From positions 1-20,349 of the forward strand of contig NW_021824005.1 in NCBI RefSeq assembly GCF_006345805.1: DNA of 20,349 bases. The letters run 5' to 3'. The translations under genes were made by a program, and so were the position numbers. This stretch comes from Octopus sinensis. Lineage: Eukaryota. The notes under the pieces are model-generated. The model searched no databases, was not told the DNA's origin, and saw nothing but the letters and a program-made list of their open reading frames with translations. Numbering within the stretch: position 1 is the stretch's first letter; every line of letters starts with the position of its first letter. Shown here one piece after another: positions 10,054 to 20,327 of this stretch.

Positions 10054-10579
10054 TACACACACACACATATATATATGTATATATACATACACACACACAC
10101 ACACATATATATATATATCTTATATAGATAGATAGACAGATAGATAGATGGATAGATAGATTGATAGATATAGATATAGATATAGGTATATATATAGATG
10201 TATATATAGATATAAGATCTAAGGATTGAGGTTTAGGAGGAAAAGTTGGCTTCAAGCAATGCGTAGTAAATAGAAAAACAACTTTCAGGAACAATGGTTT
10301 GTTGAGACAGAAGGTTTTGGATTATTTTTGTTATCGAAGTTTGATGAATTGGAAAAAGTTCTTTTTATATTTCATGGTAGTCAACCAGGGTTGCCGTAAT
10401 GAATGCAGCAGTACAATTTGTACCTGCAAACATCAATCACTAAAACTATTCTCACAATACAAATAACAACATCTCCACTCAGCCTTTTTCCCCTAACCTT
10501 CTCAAATTTTCCTTCTTATTTCAATACTAAAAGAATTTTGTTTTTCAATTTATCATACTTGAATACGAAAAAATTCACA

Positions 10580-12400
10580 ACCTTCCATCTCCCATTTTGA
10601 GACTGACTACCCTTGGAAGCTTAAAAGTTTTCCGTTTTGGAACTACTTCTAGCAATTTCTTATGTTTTCTTTTATTTTTACAGGTAATCCTTGGTTCACT
10701 GATATTTTTGTGGAGTCGGCACATCAAAAATATAGTAAAGAACTTCCATGGGTACTTCTTTCCTTGTAACCCTTTCTTCAGCAAACCCCTTTTAGCTGAT
10801 TTATGTCTTTTACATTCCCATTTTGAACCTTACACCATGTACATGATTTTACCAATCCGTTTCATTATTATGCCATCTTCCTAACCTTCTTTTCTATTTC
10901 TGTACACTCTGAAAAACACCTTATCACCAGTTTTTAAATACTTGGTCATATTTTTAGTGCTTTCCCTGGCTTTTACTTTTCTTCCAGATAATAACTTGTC
11001 AAAGCTGACGTAATTTTTCTTGCCAAGGTCAGTTCAGCAGGCAACATGCCTGAAGCGGTATTTGCGTTTTGTGTTACACAGTAAATGCTCAGGAATAGTT
11101 GCAATGTTACATCATCCACTACCTCATTTCTGGATTTCCTCAGCTTATCTGTTCGATCTTGGGTAACCCAGAGAAGTAGTGATATGCTTAATTGAGAGTG
11201 TCTTGCAAAATCTCTTAAATTCACTTGCAATAAATTGTTTACCATTATCAGGAGATCATGGTGCCCGGAACACCACACTTTGCAAAATGTTCGTGTAGTA
11301 AATCCACTGTTACTGTGGAGGTCAGTTTTCTACATTTATCCATTTCTGGCCATTTTGTAAAACTATATACCCCTATTAGATAATAAGATCCATTTAATAG
11401 TCCTGCTAAATTTATGGTGTAGCCTAGTCCATGGAAAATCAGTCTTGGGCAAAGATCGAAATTTTGAAGGTGGTGACTTTGCTGCAAGAGCACAGCCTCT
11501 GCAGGATTTTACCAGCTTCTCGATATCTAGATCTACTTTTGGCCAGTACAGATAACTACTACTAAGTGACTTCATTCGAGAAATTCCTGAATGTCTAGTG
11601 TGGAATTCCCTTAACATTTGATCTTGTAATGAGGCAGGCACTACGATCATCTGTGCATACATAAGCACATTATCACATATCAAACACAAGTTCAAAACTG
11701 TGTTTCATCCAACAAAACACATTTTTCATTTGTTTCTTCTGATCTCTCTATTTTTTCATTTTCATAATAAACTCATCCATCTCCGCCTTAATTTTTATTT
11801 CATCCAATATGATAGGTAATTCATGCACAACATTGCATAATATACCTTTTATTCCATTTTCGGCTCTTAACGCCACTATCACTGTGTCTCCTAGTGGTTC
11901 ACTATATTTTAGTATTAAACCTCAACAAACTATCTGAATGTACCTATTTTTTAGACAGCAAATACTCCATTTTTAAGTCATGATTCCCTAAGATCATTCC
12001 CCAGCATTGCATTCTGTTGGCTGCATGTGTGGGAATACAATTTTTTACCCATAGATTGATAATAATGGGTGGTGGTCTGTCTGCAAGCAGAATTGTCTTC
12101 CAAGGATAAATTTATGGAATTTCATTACCACAAATATGATGGCTAATTCTTCCTTCTCTATTTGACTGTAAATTTTCTCAGCCAGAAATAAGGAATGCAT
12201 GAGCTACAGCTTTCATGCTAGCATCTTCATAATTGTGTAAATTCACAGCTCCAATACCATTTTCACTAGTGTCTGATGCCACTACCGTTTGTAAATTCGG
12301 GTCAAAATGTGATAATGAGAATTCTGACATTAAGAAATTTCTTCCAAAGCTTCTTGGTACTTGTCTGACCAGTTTCACTTAAATACTCTTATAAGTCGAT
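10580..12400 (-). pseudogene. Decayed Gypsy/Ty3 (Mag-like) pol: RNase H linker, integrase zinc finger and integrase core
   Basis: Frameshifted fragments: LSHFDPNLQTVVASDTSENGIGAV (RNase H start); H..H.GISRMK.L..SYLYWP..D.DIE..VKSC..C (HHCC); FTKWPE..FAKCGVPGTMIS (integrase core); Y..T.N..T..G..PAEL. Many stops and frameshifts. Confidence 0.9.
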
Positions 12401-12974
12401 ACTGTTTTCTCCTGTGTTAGCAGTGCTATTAAATCACATGTTAAAGTCATCTCTAAAGATTTCCTTAAGAAATTATAGCCAGCACTCATTTGCTTCAGAT
12501 ACGAAACGTCATAACAAACCACTGCTGGTTACAATTTCTCCTGAAAATCTAAAATGATAACCGTAACAAGCTCTTACTTTTGTTTCCAGTCATACTAATC
12601 TTTTTTGGTTTCAGTTTCAAAGATGTAAAGAAAACTTCCAAGATATCCGGCACGACCATTACTCATTTTACTCTTGATCTAACAAAATCAGTTCCTTGAT
12701 TAATTAACAATCTATCTGGGACACGAGCAATTCAACAGCAGAATCCTCAACGACTTCTTCGAACCCTCCATCATTTGCAAGTGTCCCATCACCTAAGTTT
12801 GATGTAGAATTTGTTCTTGTGGAAAATTTATAGAATTTTATTTTTCTAAGCATCATACATAGTTGAGGGTCCCACTTTATCCCATGACACAACAATTATC
12901 TCTTCTGTTTATCTTCACCAGAATTCCAGCTTTTGAAAATTCAGAAAGACGAAAGAAATTTCTAAATTATCAGT

Positions 12975-13154
12975 ATGGCAACACCATATCGATTACCCCC
13001 CAATTACATGAGACATCAAGGCAATTCTGGCAGACACTTTGTTGGACGACATTATGAGAGGGAAGAACTGAAGATCTTGATCAAGGATGAAGATACTCAA
13101 ATAATACAAGTTTATGGACTGCCTTATGTTGGCAAAACAAGTCTTGTGAAAACT
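12975..13154 (+). CDS. STAND/NB-ARC NTPase gene, first coding exon (P-loop)
   Basis: Acceptor tcttctgtttatcttcaccag at 12921; in-frame stop TAA at 12963; ATG 12975 in agtATGG context. Encodes LPP..FVGR..E..L and Walker A GLPYVGKT (13116-13139). Donor GTAAGA at 13155, phase 0. Confidence 0.85.
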
Positions 13155-13483
13155 GTAAGAAATTTACTATTGTTTTCTCTTTTCTTTACGTTAACCTTAT
13201 TGCATTTTGCCTTTCTGTAGGTTATTAGGGATCCTTGAGGTTTTACAGTTAAGTTACTGACTAAAGAGAAAAGCATTTCTTGTTCAATCCCATACAATGG
13301 CAGTCACTGAAGTCTTTGTACCGTTTGGTGAGTTGATGGTTGACCTATGATCAAAGGTATTTCTCCTGTAACCATTCTGTCTATGGCAATGATCATATTA
13401 TTTAATGTATCCTGTCCTATGTTATGAAGAAGATGGGCAGTTTGAGAGAAGTTTGACTGCTTTATATATTATGTATGTAAGTG

Positions 13484-13925
13484 AGTGGGTAGGTAGATAG
13501 GTAGGTAGGTAGGTAGGTAGGTAGACAGGCAGGTAGACAGGCAGGTAGGTATGTAGGTAGGTAGGTAGGTAGGTAGGTAGGTAGTTAGGTAGTTAGTTAG
13601 GTAGGTAGGTAGGTAGGTAGATAGGTAGGTAAGTAGGTAGACAGTTAGGTAGATAGGTAGGTATGTATGTATGTAGGTAGGCAGGTAGGTAGGTAGATAG
13701 GTAGGTAGGTAGGTAGGTAGGTAGGTAAGTAGGTAGGTAGGTAGGTAGGTAGGTATATAGGTAGGTATGTAGTTAGGTTGGTAGGTAAGTAGGTAGGCAG
13801 TTAGGTAGATAGGTATGTATGTATGTATGTATGTATGTAGGTAGGTAGGTAGGTAGGTAGGTAGGTAGGTAGGTAGGTAGGTAGGTAGGTAGGTAGGTAG
13901 GTATGTAAGTATGTAGGTAGGCAGA
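13484..13925. repeat. Intronic (GGTA)n compound microsatellite
   Basis: Directly visible; it is the source of the spurious YLPT ORFs. Confidence 0.95.
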
Positions 13926-14070
13926 CAGGTGTGTATATGTGTGTTTGTGTGTGTCTGTATGTTTGCATCTCCTCGGCTTGACATTGTAGATTTCTTGTAA
14001 ATGAATGTCGTTAACTTCCAATATTCCATGGAAATTTCCTATAGAGAAATATTTCCTTGGAAACAAGTAA

Positions 14071-14310
14071 GTTTGGTGTCAGGGGGGCATCTGGCTGTAG
14101 AGGGTCTGCCAGTTTGACTGAAAACTGGTAAGCTGGGGAGATTCACCAGGTTCCACTCTAATTTGTCATGGTTTCTACAGATGGGTGCCCCTCCTAACAC
14201 CAACCACTGCAAGAGTGTAAGGGGTGTTTTTCACGTGCCAGTTACGAAACACCAGCATCAGCCCTGACTACGACCTCACTTGACTTGACAGATCTTCTCA
14301 AGCACAAGAA
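14071..14310. mobile_element. Interspersed repeat remnants with an inverted pair of the ggatgcccttcctaac motif
   Basis: 14071-14101 is approximately the reverse complement of 14174-14205. Confidence 0.55.
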
Positions 14311-14659
14311 TAATTGATTGATAGACAGAGAGTGAGAGAGATGTAGATGAAATAAGAGATGGATAGTAAAAGAGATGAAGCAACTGTGTAATTAATAGAA
14401 AGATAATTAAAGAGATAGAATGGCAAAGTGACAAACTGTTATCCAGAAAGATACTTAGACAAACTGTAAGATGAATATGAAGGAATATAAAGGATACCCT
14501 GAACTAATGCATAGACAAAAGAATAGACAAAGAAACAGTTATTGAGAGGGAGTAATAAAGTCAGACAGAGAAAGAGAAAAACTGAGAGACCAATAAAATG
14601 ATAAGTGAATCTATGGAAATCTTTGAACTTGTTCTAATGTTATGTTTCTAATATGACAG

Positions 14660-15685
14660 GTCTGTCAAGAATTGAAGGATGAAATCAACCCCGAAAGACT
14701 CCACATAAAACACATCCATATTTCTAATAATAGCAGTTGGTCTGATATTTCCAACATGTACAATACATTCACCAATTGTTCCAGTATCACCAACACGAAA
14801 TGGAAAATTTGTATTTTTGATGATTTCCAGAACATTCAAGAAAGCTTCCTTCCAGGTTTCCAGGAGCTTTGCGACAATGACTTTTCACTGCACAGAAATC
14901 TAAAAATCATTCTCATTTTAAGTGGTGGAAAACCATTTCAGTTTGATAGAATCAGATTTGCAGAGTGTAAAGTGAGTCCATTGTCCATTAAAGATGCCCA
15001 GCTTCTTTTCGGTCGCTGTTCAGACATTGAGACGGATGATGAGAACAAAGAACAAATACACAACATCATCAGATATGCCTGTGGCCTGCCAGGACTTCTT
15101 ATTTACTTTGCAGAAAAATTCTCCCAGTTTCGTCATAATTTCTCTTTTAATGATATCTACAAAATGATTTGTGATGAAACCAAGCTCAATGACTGGCTGG
15201 ACGAATGTACAATTAACAGACGTAATATCAAACAAGAAATGGACAAGTACTTTTCTCAACTCTCTCACGAACAGCAAGAAGCTCTCAAAGTGCTTTCATA
15301 TTTTCCTGGAAGATTTGGTATTGAGGAAGCTGTTGAAATGACTGGTTCTTCTAGTCAACCAGCTTCCAAGATGCATGTTTTGATGCCACTTGTGGAGCAA
15401 GGTTTGATCAGTTCAGATTTAGAATTACAGTATTTCCAAGTACAAGAATTAATACGTGCAATTACTAAACAACAGATTGACAATGTACACAGCAATGATT
15501 TGGTAAAGCTCAAATATACAAACATTATTGGGAAAAGTCTGATGAAGGCTCAAGATATTTATGATAAAGGCCTCATATATGAAGCACTCGGAATAATGAA
15601 CAACAACTGGGAAAATATTTCGTTTCTGATGAAGAAAGGGATTGATGCACCCTCAGATGGTAGGACATATGGAGTTTATTATGAG
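14660..15685 (+). CDS. STAND/NB-ARC NTPase gene, second coding exon (rest of NB-ARC, winged helix, start of helical repeats)
   Basis: Acceptor ..gacag at 14659 joins in phase 0 to give GKTSLVKT|VCQEL. 342 stop-free codons contain kinase-2 ICIFDD (14807-14824), sensor-1 strand KIILILS, RNBS-C PLSIKDAQLLF, CGLPGLL (15080-15100), LS..QQ.AL..LSYFP..F, LVEQGLI and an MHD-position VQELIR. Donor GTAAGA at 15686, phase 0. Confidence 0.9.
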
Positions 15686-15861
15686 GTAAGATATTTTGTC
15701 CTTAACAACGTGTCTTGTATCTTGTGTTGTAAGTCAGTCTTTCATATGTCGCATTTTCGTTTAACCTGAGTTACATCTTCCCACATCTTTACCATTGGTT
15801 CTCAATTGAGGGCCATATGGCCCATGGAGGTCCATATAAGAGTTTGCATGCACATCCAAAA

Positions 15862-16320
15862 CTTGCCATTCACCAGTTCCCCGTTCGCCTGTCATATGCA
15901 GTGACTATCAGTAAATCACAACAGAAGACTTTTAATAAAATGGGGCTATTCTTACCTGAACCTGTATTCAGCCATGGCCAGGTATATGCTGTCAGGTATA
16001 AGGTGGCGAGCTGGCAGAAACGTCAGCACGCCGGACGAAATGCTTAGCCATATTTCGTCTGCCGTTACGTTCTTGGTTCAAATTCCGCCGAGGTCGACTT
16101 TGCCTTTCATCCTTTCGGGGTCGATAAATCAAGTACCAGTTACGCACTGGGGTCAATGTAATCGACTTAATCCGTTTGTCTGTCCTTGTTTGTCCCCTCT
16201 GTGTTTAGCCCCTTGTGGGTAGTAAAAGAAATAGGTCAGGTATATGCTGCATTCTCAAGGGCTTGCAAATGATCTGATGTGAAACTTAAAGTTATCAACA
16301 CTGACAAAGAAGGGAAAAGT
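15862..16320 (+). pseudogene. Helitron/PIF1 helicase C-terminal fragment (motifs V-VI), split by a SINE
   Basis: QFPVRLSYAVTISKSQQKTF..GLFLPEPVFSHGQVYA|AFSR after removing the SINE, matching QFP.RLA.A.TINKSQGQT...FSHGQLYVA.SR. Confidence 0.85.
15992..16236 (+). mobile_element. tRNA-derived SINE (same family as 1950-2180) with TSD
   Basis: B-box gttcaaattcc; exact 13-bp TSD caggtatatgctg at 15979-15991 and 16237-16249. Confidence 0.9.
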
Positions 16321-16349
16321 AGTAGAAAGAATTATTATTATTATTATTA

Positions 16350-16382
<33 letters not shown>

Positions 16383-16482
16383 TCCCTGGGGCAGAAAAGA
16401 TTTGAAATCATTAATATTTTTCATAAAAACGTTGATTTCAAATTTTGCTACAAGGCCAGCAATTTGTGGGAAGAGGAAAATT

Positions 16483-16565
16483 GATTTGAACTCAGAACAC
16501 GAAGGCAGACAAAATGCCACCAAGCATTCTGTTTAGTGTGCTAATGGTTCTGCCAGCTCACCACA
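16483..16565 (-). mobile_element. Older, diverged SINE head fragment of the same superfamily
   Basis: The reverse complement gtggtgagctggcagaaccattagcac...gttctgagttcaaatc aligns with 16001-16085. Confidence 0.7.
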
Positions 16566-16615
16566 TTATTTCTACAGACAAAATATTAACACATGTTACT
16601 GTCTTTGTCTTTTAG

Positions 16616-16772
16616 ATAACATTAAAAGCCTCAGATATACTGATGCTATGTCACCCTAGAGATTCAAGACAGTTTTTCCAAGCATGTCTACAAAACTCCC
16701 TGTTATTTGGTAATGAAGAAGAACAAGCTCTTATGAATATAGCATATGGTGTATCATTGACAGATTTACCAG
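16616..16772 (+). CDS. STAND/NB-ARC NTPase gene, third coding exon (TPR-like helices)
   Basis: Acceptor tgtctttgtcttttag at 16615; phase 0 matches exon 2. Open frame ITLKASDILMLCHPRDSRQFFQACLQNSLLFGNEEEQALMNIAYGVSLTDLP has a TPR-like pattern. Donor AG|GTATGA at 16773, phase 1. Confidence 0.75.
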
Positions 16773-17282
16773 GTATGATATGACGATGGTGTGTAGATTT
16801 TGTCATCCCACTGATGTAGATAATATGCTTAACAGGAATGTTGAGCATTTAGCACCATTTTTTGTATATTTTGCTAAATACTGAAGAGGTGTTTACGAGA
16901 TTATATAATGTTTCTAAAAGCAATTACGTAATACTAGCAGTAATTTACCAAAATACGTGTATGTTTCATAAAGCATGATTTCTATACTTTATTAACATTC
17001 TATACATATATCCATACATGCATGCTCCCATCCCTATATATGTATGTACATAAACATTTGGAAGGCAGCTCCTTGAGCAACCTTCTTTGTCCGATAACCT
17101 TGAACACATGACCAAAGAAGTCATAATTTTAAAACATACTTAGGTCAGACACAAATGTGAATCATATTAATTCTGCAGGAGCTGGTATGAATTTTTTCAG
17201 AGGGATCTGAGGGGGTGACCAGGGAAATTTTTCTGAAACTGGATGATTTGATATGGAATAACCCATATACATATATATTCAT

Positions 17283-17473
<191 letters not shown>

Positions 17474-17577
17474 CTAGCAGAATTGCCCGGCGATGCTCGG
17501 GGCTGAATTGCTTGAAAGTACTGTTAATGATTGCACTGAATTATGATGATTATTCAGGCAAATATCGATATAAGTTT

Positions 17578-18330
17578 ACGGTGGGAGATAAGGACTTAAC
17601 GATCAAACGTGTGCCATTGCATTGTTTTGGGGGAACCAAATTTCTATAGGGGCACCAACTTTAAGTTTGAGAATGTGTGGTGGTAGTCCGGTGGGCTCAA
17701 AGGAATTGAGTACCTCTATTGGATAGTTGATGACGTCCTCTGGGTCAGGAGTTGTATCGATAGACTTATATACATAGACATCCCCAGGAATGAGTTTTAG
17801 CATTTCATCATTAATATGGTGAACAGTTTTATTCCTCGGGGCCAGAATAGCCCTTTGGCCAATCCAATCCATATTCTGATAATTAGCTTGTAGATCTGGG
17901 AACACTGCATCTCTGAGATCAGAAGGCGTTTTAACAATGGTACAAATGGAATCGATGGCAATATTACCATTTTCATCCCCTGGTATTTTGCCTTCGCCAA
18001 GTGCAAGGAGGGTGTGAGAAAATGCTGCTGATGTGATATTATGTCGCATATAAACACGCATATTGGTGTGAAATTTGAGAATCTTCACCAGTGGCCACAA
18101 TGTGGATGACTTAAGACACGCACTTACTGCATCAGTTCTAGTCCCTTTGGGAATAACGGGAAGTGTTTGTCGGAAGTCCCCTGAAAGAAGAAGTGTTATG
18201 CCTCCCATGGGAGCTGAAGAGTGTTTGATGTCTCTGAGCGATCTATCTAGTGCCTCAAGAGCACCTCTGTGGGCCATCGTGCATTCATCCCAAACGATAA
18301 GCTTGCATCGTCCAATTTTAAAACAATAAC
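17578..18330 (-). pseudogene. Helitron PIF1-family helicase fragment
   Basis: IVWDECTMAHRGALEALDRSLRDI...GG..LLLSGDFRQTLPV (motifs II-III), RAILAPRN, LPPH.L.LKVGAPI, then a frameshift to RNL.PPKQCNGTRL. Confidence 0.9.
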
Positions 18331-18542
18331 CAAAGCCCCTTCTCCAAAAGGGGGAGGGTTACGGTTTACAATTATTTAACAAATGCAACACAACAACGTT
18401 TCCCTGACGAGGAACCAACAAACGTGATTACAATAGTCAAACAGTAATAATAATAACAACAAACCTTTTTAATGTATCCCCATTTATGTGAAACCACTTA
18501 TTCAAGTTCAAGTCATTGATGCAATTTTATACGAATTGCTAA

Positions 18543-19417
18543 TACACACACACATAATAAGGGTGAAAAATTGAATATTAAGTTGATTAATATGAATTGA
18601 AAACCAGTGGTGTAGCATATAAGACCATAGCGGATCTTCTTGTAGCAAAAAGGATGACCAGTATTAATTGCTCATCCCTTTTATATAAATACTTTCACTT
18701 TAATTGTTGCACACTTGCAAAGAGAAAGGAGGAGAAAGTGTAGTGGTAATGGTAGGAGTGAAGCACTTGAAATGAAAGAGGGAAATCGTAAAATATTAAG
18801 TTTTCTCGAATTTTTTCTTAATTGGGTGTGAAATTGAAAAAAACTTTACATGCCATGACCCAATGGATTCTACTTTGAAAAATGATAGGTAAATTCCAAT
18901 TGAATAAATTCTATATTGCAGAATTGTATAAAAAAACGAACGGTTTGGGAGGCAGAGAAAATCTGCCTTTTATCATAAGAGATACACACACACATAATAA
19001 GGGTGAAAAATTGAATATTAATTTGATTAATATGAATTGAAAACCAGTGGTGTAGCATATAAGACCATAGCGGATCTTCTAGCAAAAAGGATGACCAGTA
19101 TTAATTGCTCATCCCTTTTATATAAATACATTCACTTTAATTGTTGCACACTTGCAAAGAGAAAGGTGGAGAAAGTGTAGTGGTAATGGTAGGAGTGAAG
19201 CACTTGAACTGAAAGAGGGAAATCGTAAAATATTGAGTTTTCTCGAATTTTTTCTTAATTGGGGGTGAAATTGAAAAAACTTTACATGCCATGACCCAAT
19301 GGATTCTACTTAGAAAAATTATAGGTAAATTCCAATTGAAGAATTTCTGTATTGTAGAATTGTGTAAAAAACGAACGGTTTGGGAGGCAGAGAAAATCTG
19401 CATTTTATCATAAGAGA
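18543..19417 (-). repeat. Tandem duplication of the Helitron 5' terminal segment (440 + 435 bp)
   Basis: 18543-18982 and 18983-19417 are highly similar. Each starts with TCTCTTATGATAAAA and a GCAGA-TTTTC-TCTGC hairpin on the minus strand. Confidence 0.9.
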
Positions 19418-19429
19418 TGCATTGAGTAC

Positions 19430-19830
19430 TGTTCTCACTTATGGGCAGGTGCTCCTGCAGATTGTTTCACTCTGTTGGGCTGCATTCGATGCTGTATTCA
19501 TATTCTATTGGTCCTGATCTATCTTCTAAATTGGATTCACTCTCTCATCGTCATCATGTGGGTCTTCCTTGTCCCTTTTCTATAAGTATTTCCATAGACA
19601 TTGTTCAGCTGAGCTCTCCTCTCTGGTTCCTCCTCCAAGAACTTATCACCGATCAACCAGACTTGTATCCATCAGTATCCCGTGCAACCTCCTAAGCGCC
19701 GTAAAGCCCTTTACAGAACCAGTTTCTTCCCTCACGCCTCTGAACTTTGGAATTCCCTTCCACAGTCTTCTTTTCCGCTTTAATATGTCCTTCAGTCTTT
19801 TAAGTCTAATGTACATCTTCACCTATTGAC
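19430..19830 (+). pseudogene. CR1/L2/Jockey-group LINE ORF2 3' end fragment
   Basis: Frameshifted WAGAPA..; IG..LSSKLDSLSHR; LFYKYFHRHCS.ELSSLVPP....RSTRL; SFFP....LWNSLP....FKS.V. This is a typical post-RT C-terminus. Confidence 0.8.
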
Positions 19831-20010
19831 TTCTGTCTGGTGTCCATTTTATTCTAGTAACTCTTAGGTTTTCAGTGCTCTAAGGATCCTGTAATTAGTG
19901 AATGCTTTAAAAAAAGAAAATACATACATATATATTTGTATATATAAATGGATGAATAAATTATCCTTTGTTTACTGTTAACATGGAAAATGTTGAGATA
20001 GGTTCTCTTT

Positions 20011-20093
20011 CTTTCCTGATGAGAAGATTGTAATTGACACCGTTTATTCCTTTGGAATAAAACCAATGTTGTCTTCGAAACATATGTCGATAG
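20011..20093 (+). ncRNA. Type I hammerhead ribozyme motif (minimal, palindromic stem III), homolog of 546-625
   Basis: Stem I ctttc 20011-20015 / gatag 20089-20093 (one mismatch); CTGATGA 20016-20022; stem II gaagat/gtcttc with an inner tttattcc-ttt-ggaataaa hairpin; GAAA 20077-20080; palindrome ACATATGT 20080-20087; GTC with cleavage after C20088. Confidence 0.75.
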
Positions 20094-20167
20094 TAAAAGA
20101 ATTTGAATAGCATCTGCATTCAACTTCATTTATTTACTTGTATTTGTATATATGTATACATATACGA

Positions 20168-20327
20168 TGGGCTTTTTTCAGTTTCTTTCAACCAGATCCA
20201 CTCATAAGGCTTTGGCCAGCCTAAGGCTATAGCAAAAGACACCTGTCCAAAGTGTAATGCAGTGGGGCAGAACTCAGAACCCTTTGGTTGAGCAGGAATG
20301 TTCTTACCACACAACCATGTCGGAGCC
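20168..20327 (-). mobile_element. tRNA-derived SINE (fourth family), 5' part
   Basis: Minus-strand head ggctccgacatggttgtgtggtaagaac..gggttctgagttc, then a CORE-like ..tttggacaggtgtctt. Recognised as an octopus-type SINE. Confidence 0.6.

Larger units (their letters stand above)
17474..19417 (-). mobile_element. Non-autonomous Helitron with both termini and a helicase remnant
   Basis: Minus-strand 5' end A|TC at 19417; 3' end CTAG|T at 17474, preceded by a GC-rich hairpin (17486-17501). Contains a PIF1 helicase remnant. Confidence 0.85.

Noticed and set aside
10200-10590. Possible 3' LTR of the Gypsy relic (PPT-like purine runs before TG at about 10587 and 10471 on the minus strand)
   Set aside because: There are two competing starts, and no matching CA end, partner LTR or TSD could be identified.
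12615-12830. Possible upstream coding exon for the NB-ARC gene (acceptor-like tttcag, Ser/Thr-rich frame)
   Set aside because: All frames hit stops and there is no convincing donor, so it cannot be joined to the NB-ARC frame.
13155-13220. ORF-track extensions beyond the splice donors (13155-13220 and 15686-15769) and the ORF 12863-13057
   Set aside because: These are intron read-through after GTAAGA donors or an alternative frame, with no motif content.
17050-17262. Possible DNA-transposon terminal fragment
   Set aside because: It looks like a repeat end, but there is no partner TIR or coding motif to support a call.
18404-18430. CTGACGA inside the Helitron
   Set aside because: No GAAA in register and no stems I/III.
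19860-19920. Candidate fourth exon after ttag/ttcag acceptors
   Set aside because: The phase-1 frame stops immediately or runs into a microsatellite; no TPR-like content.
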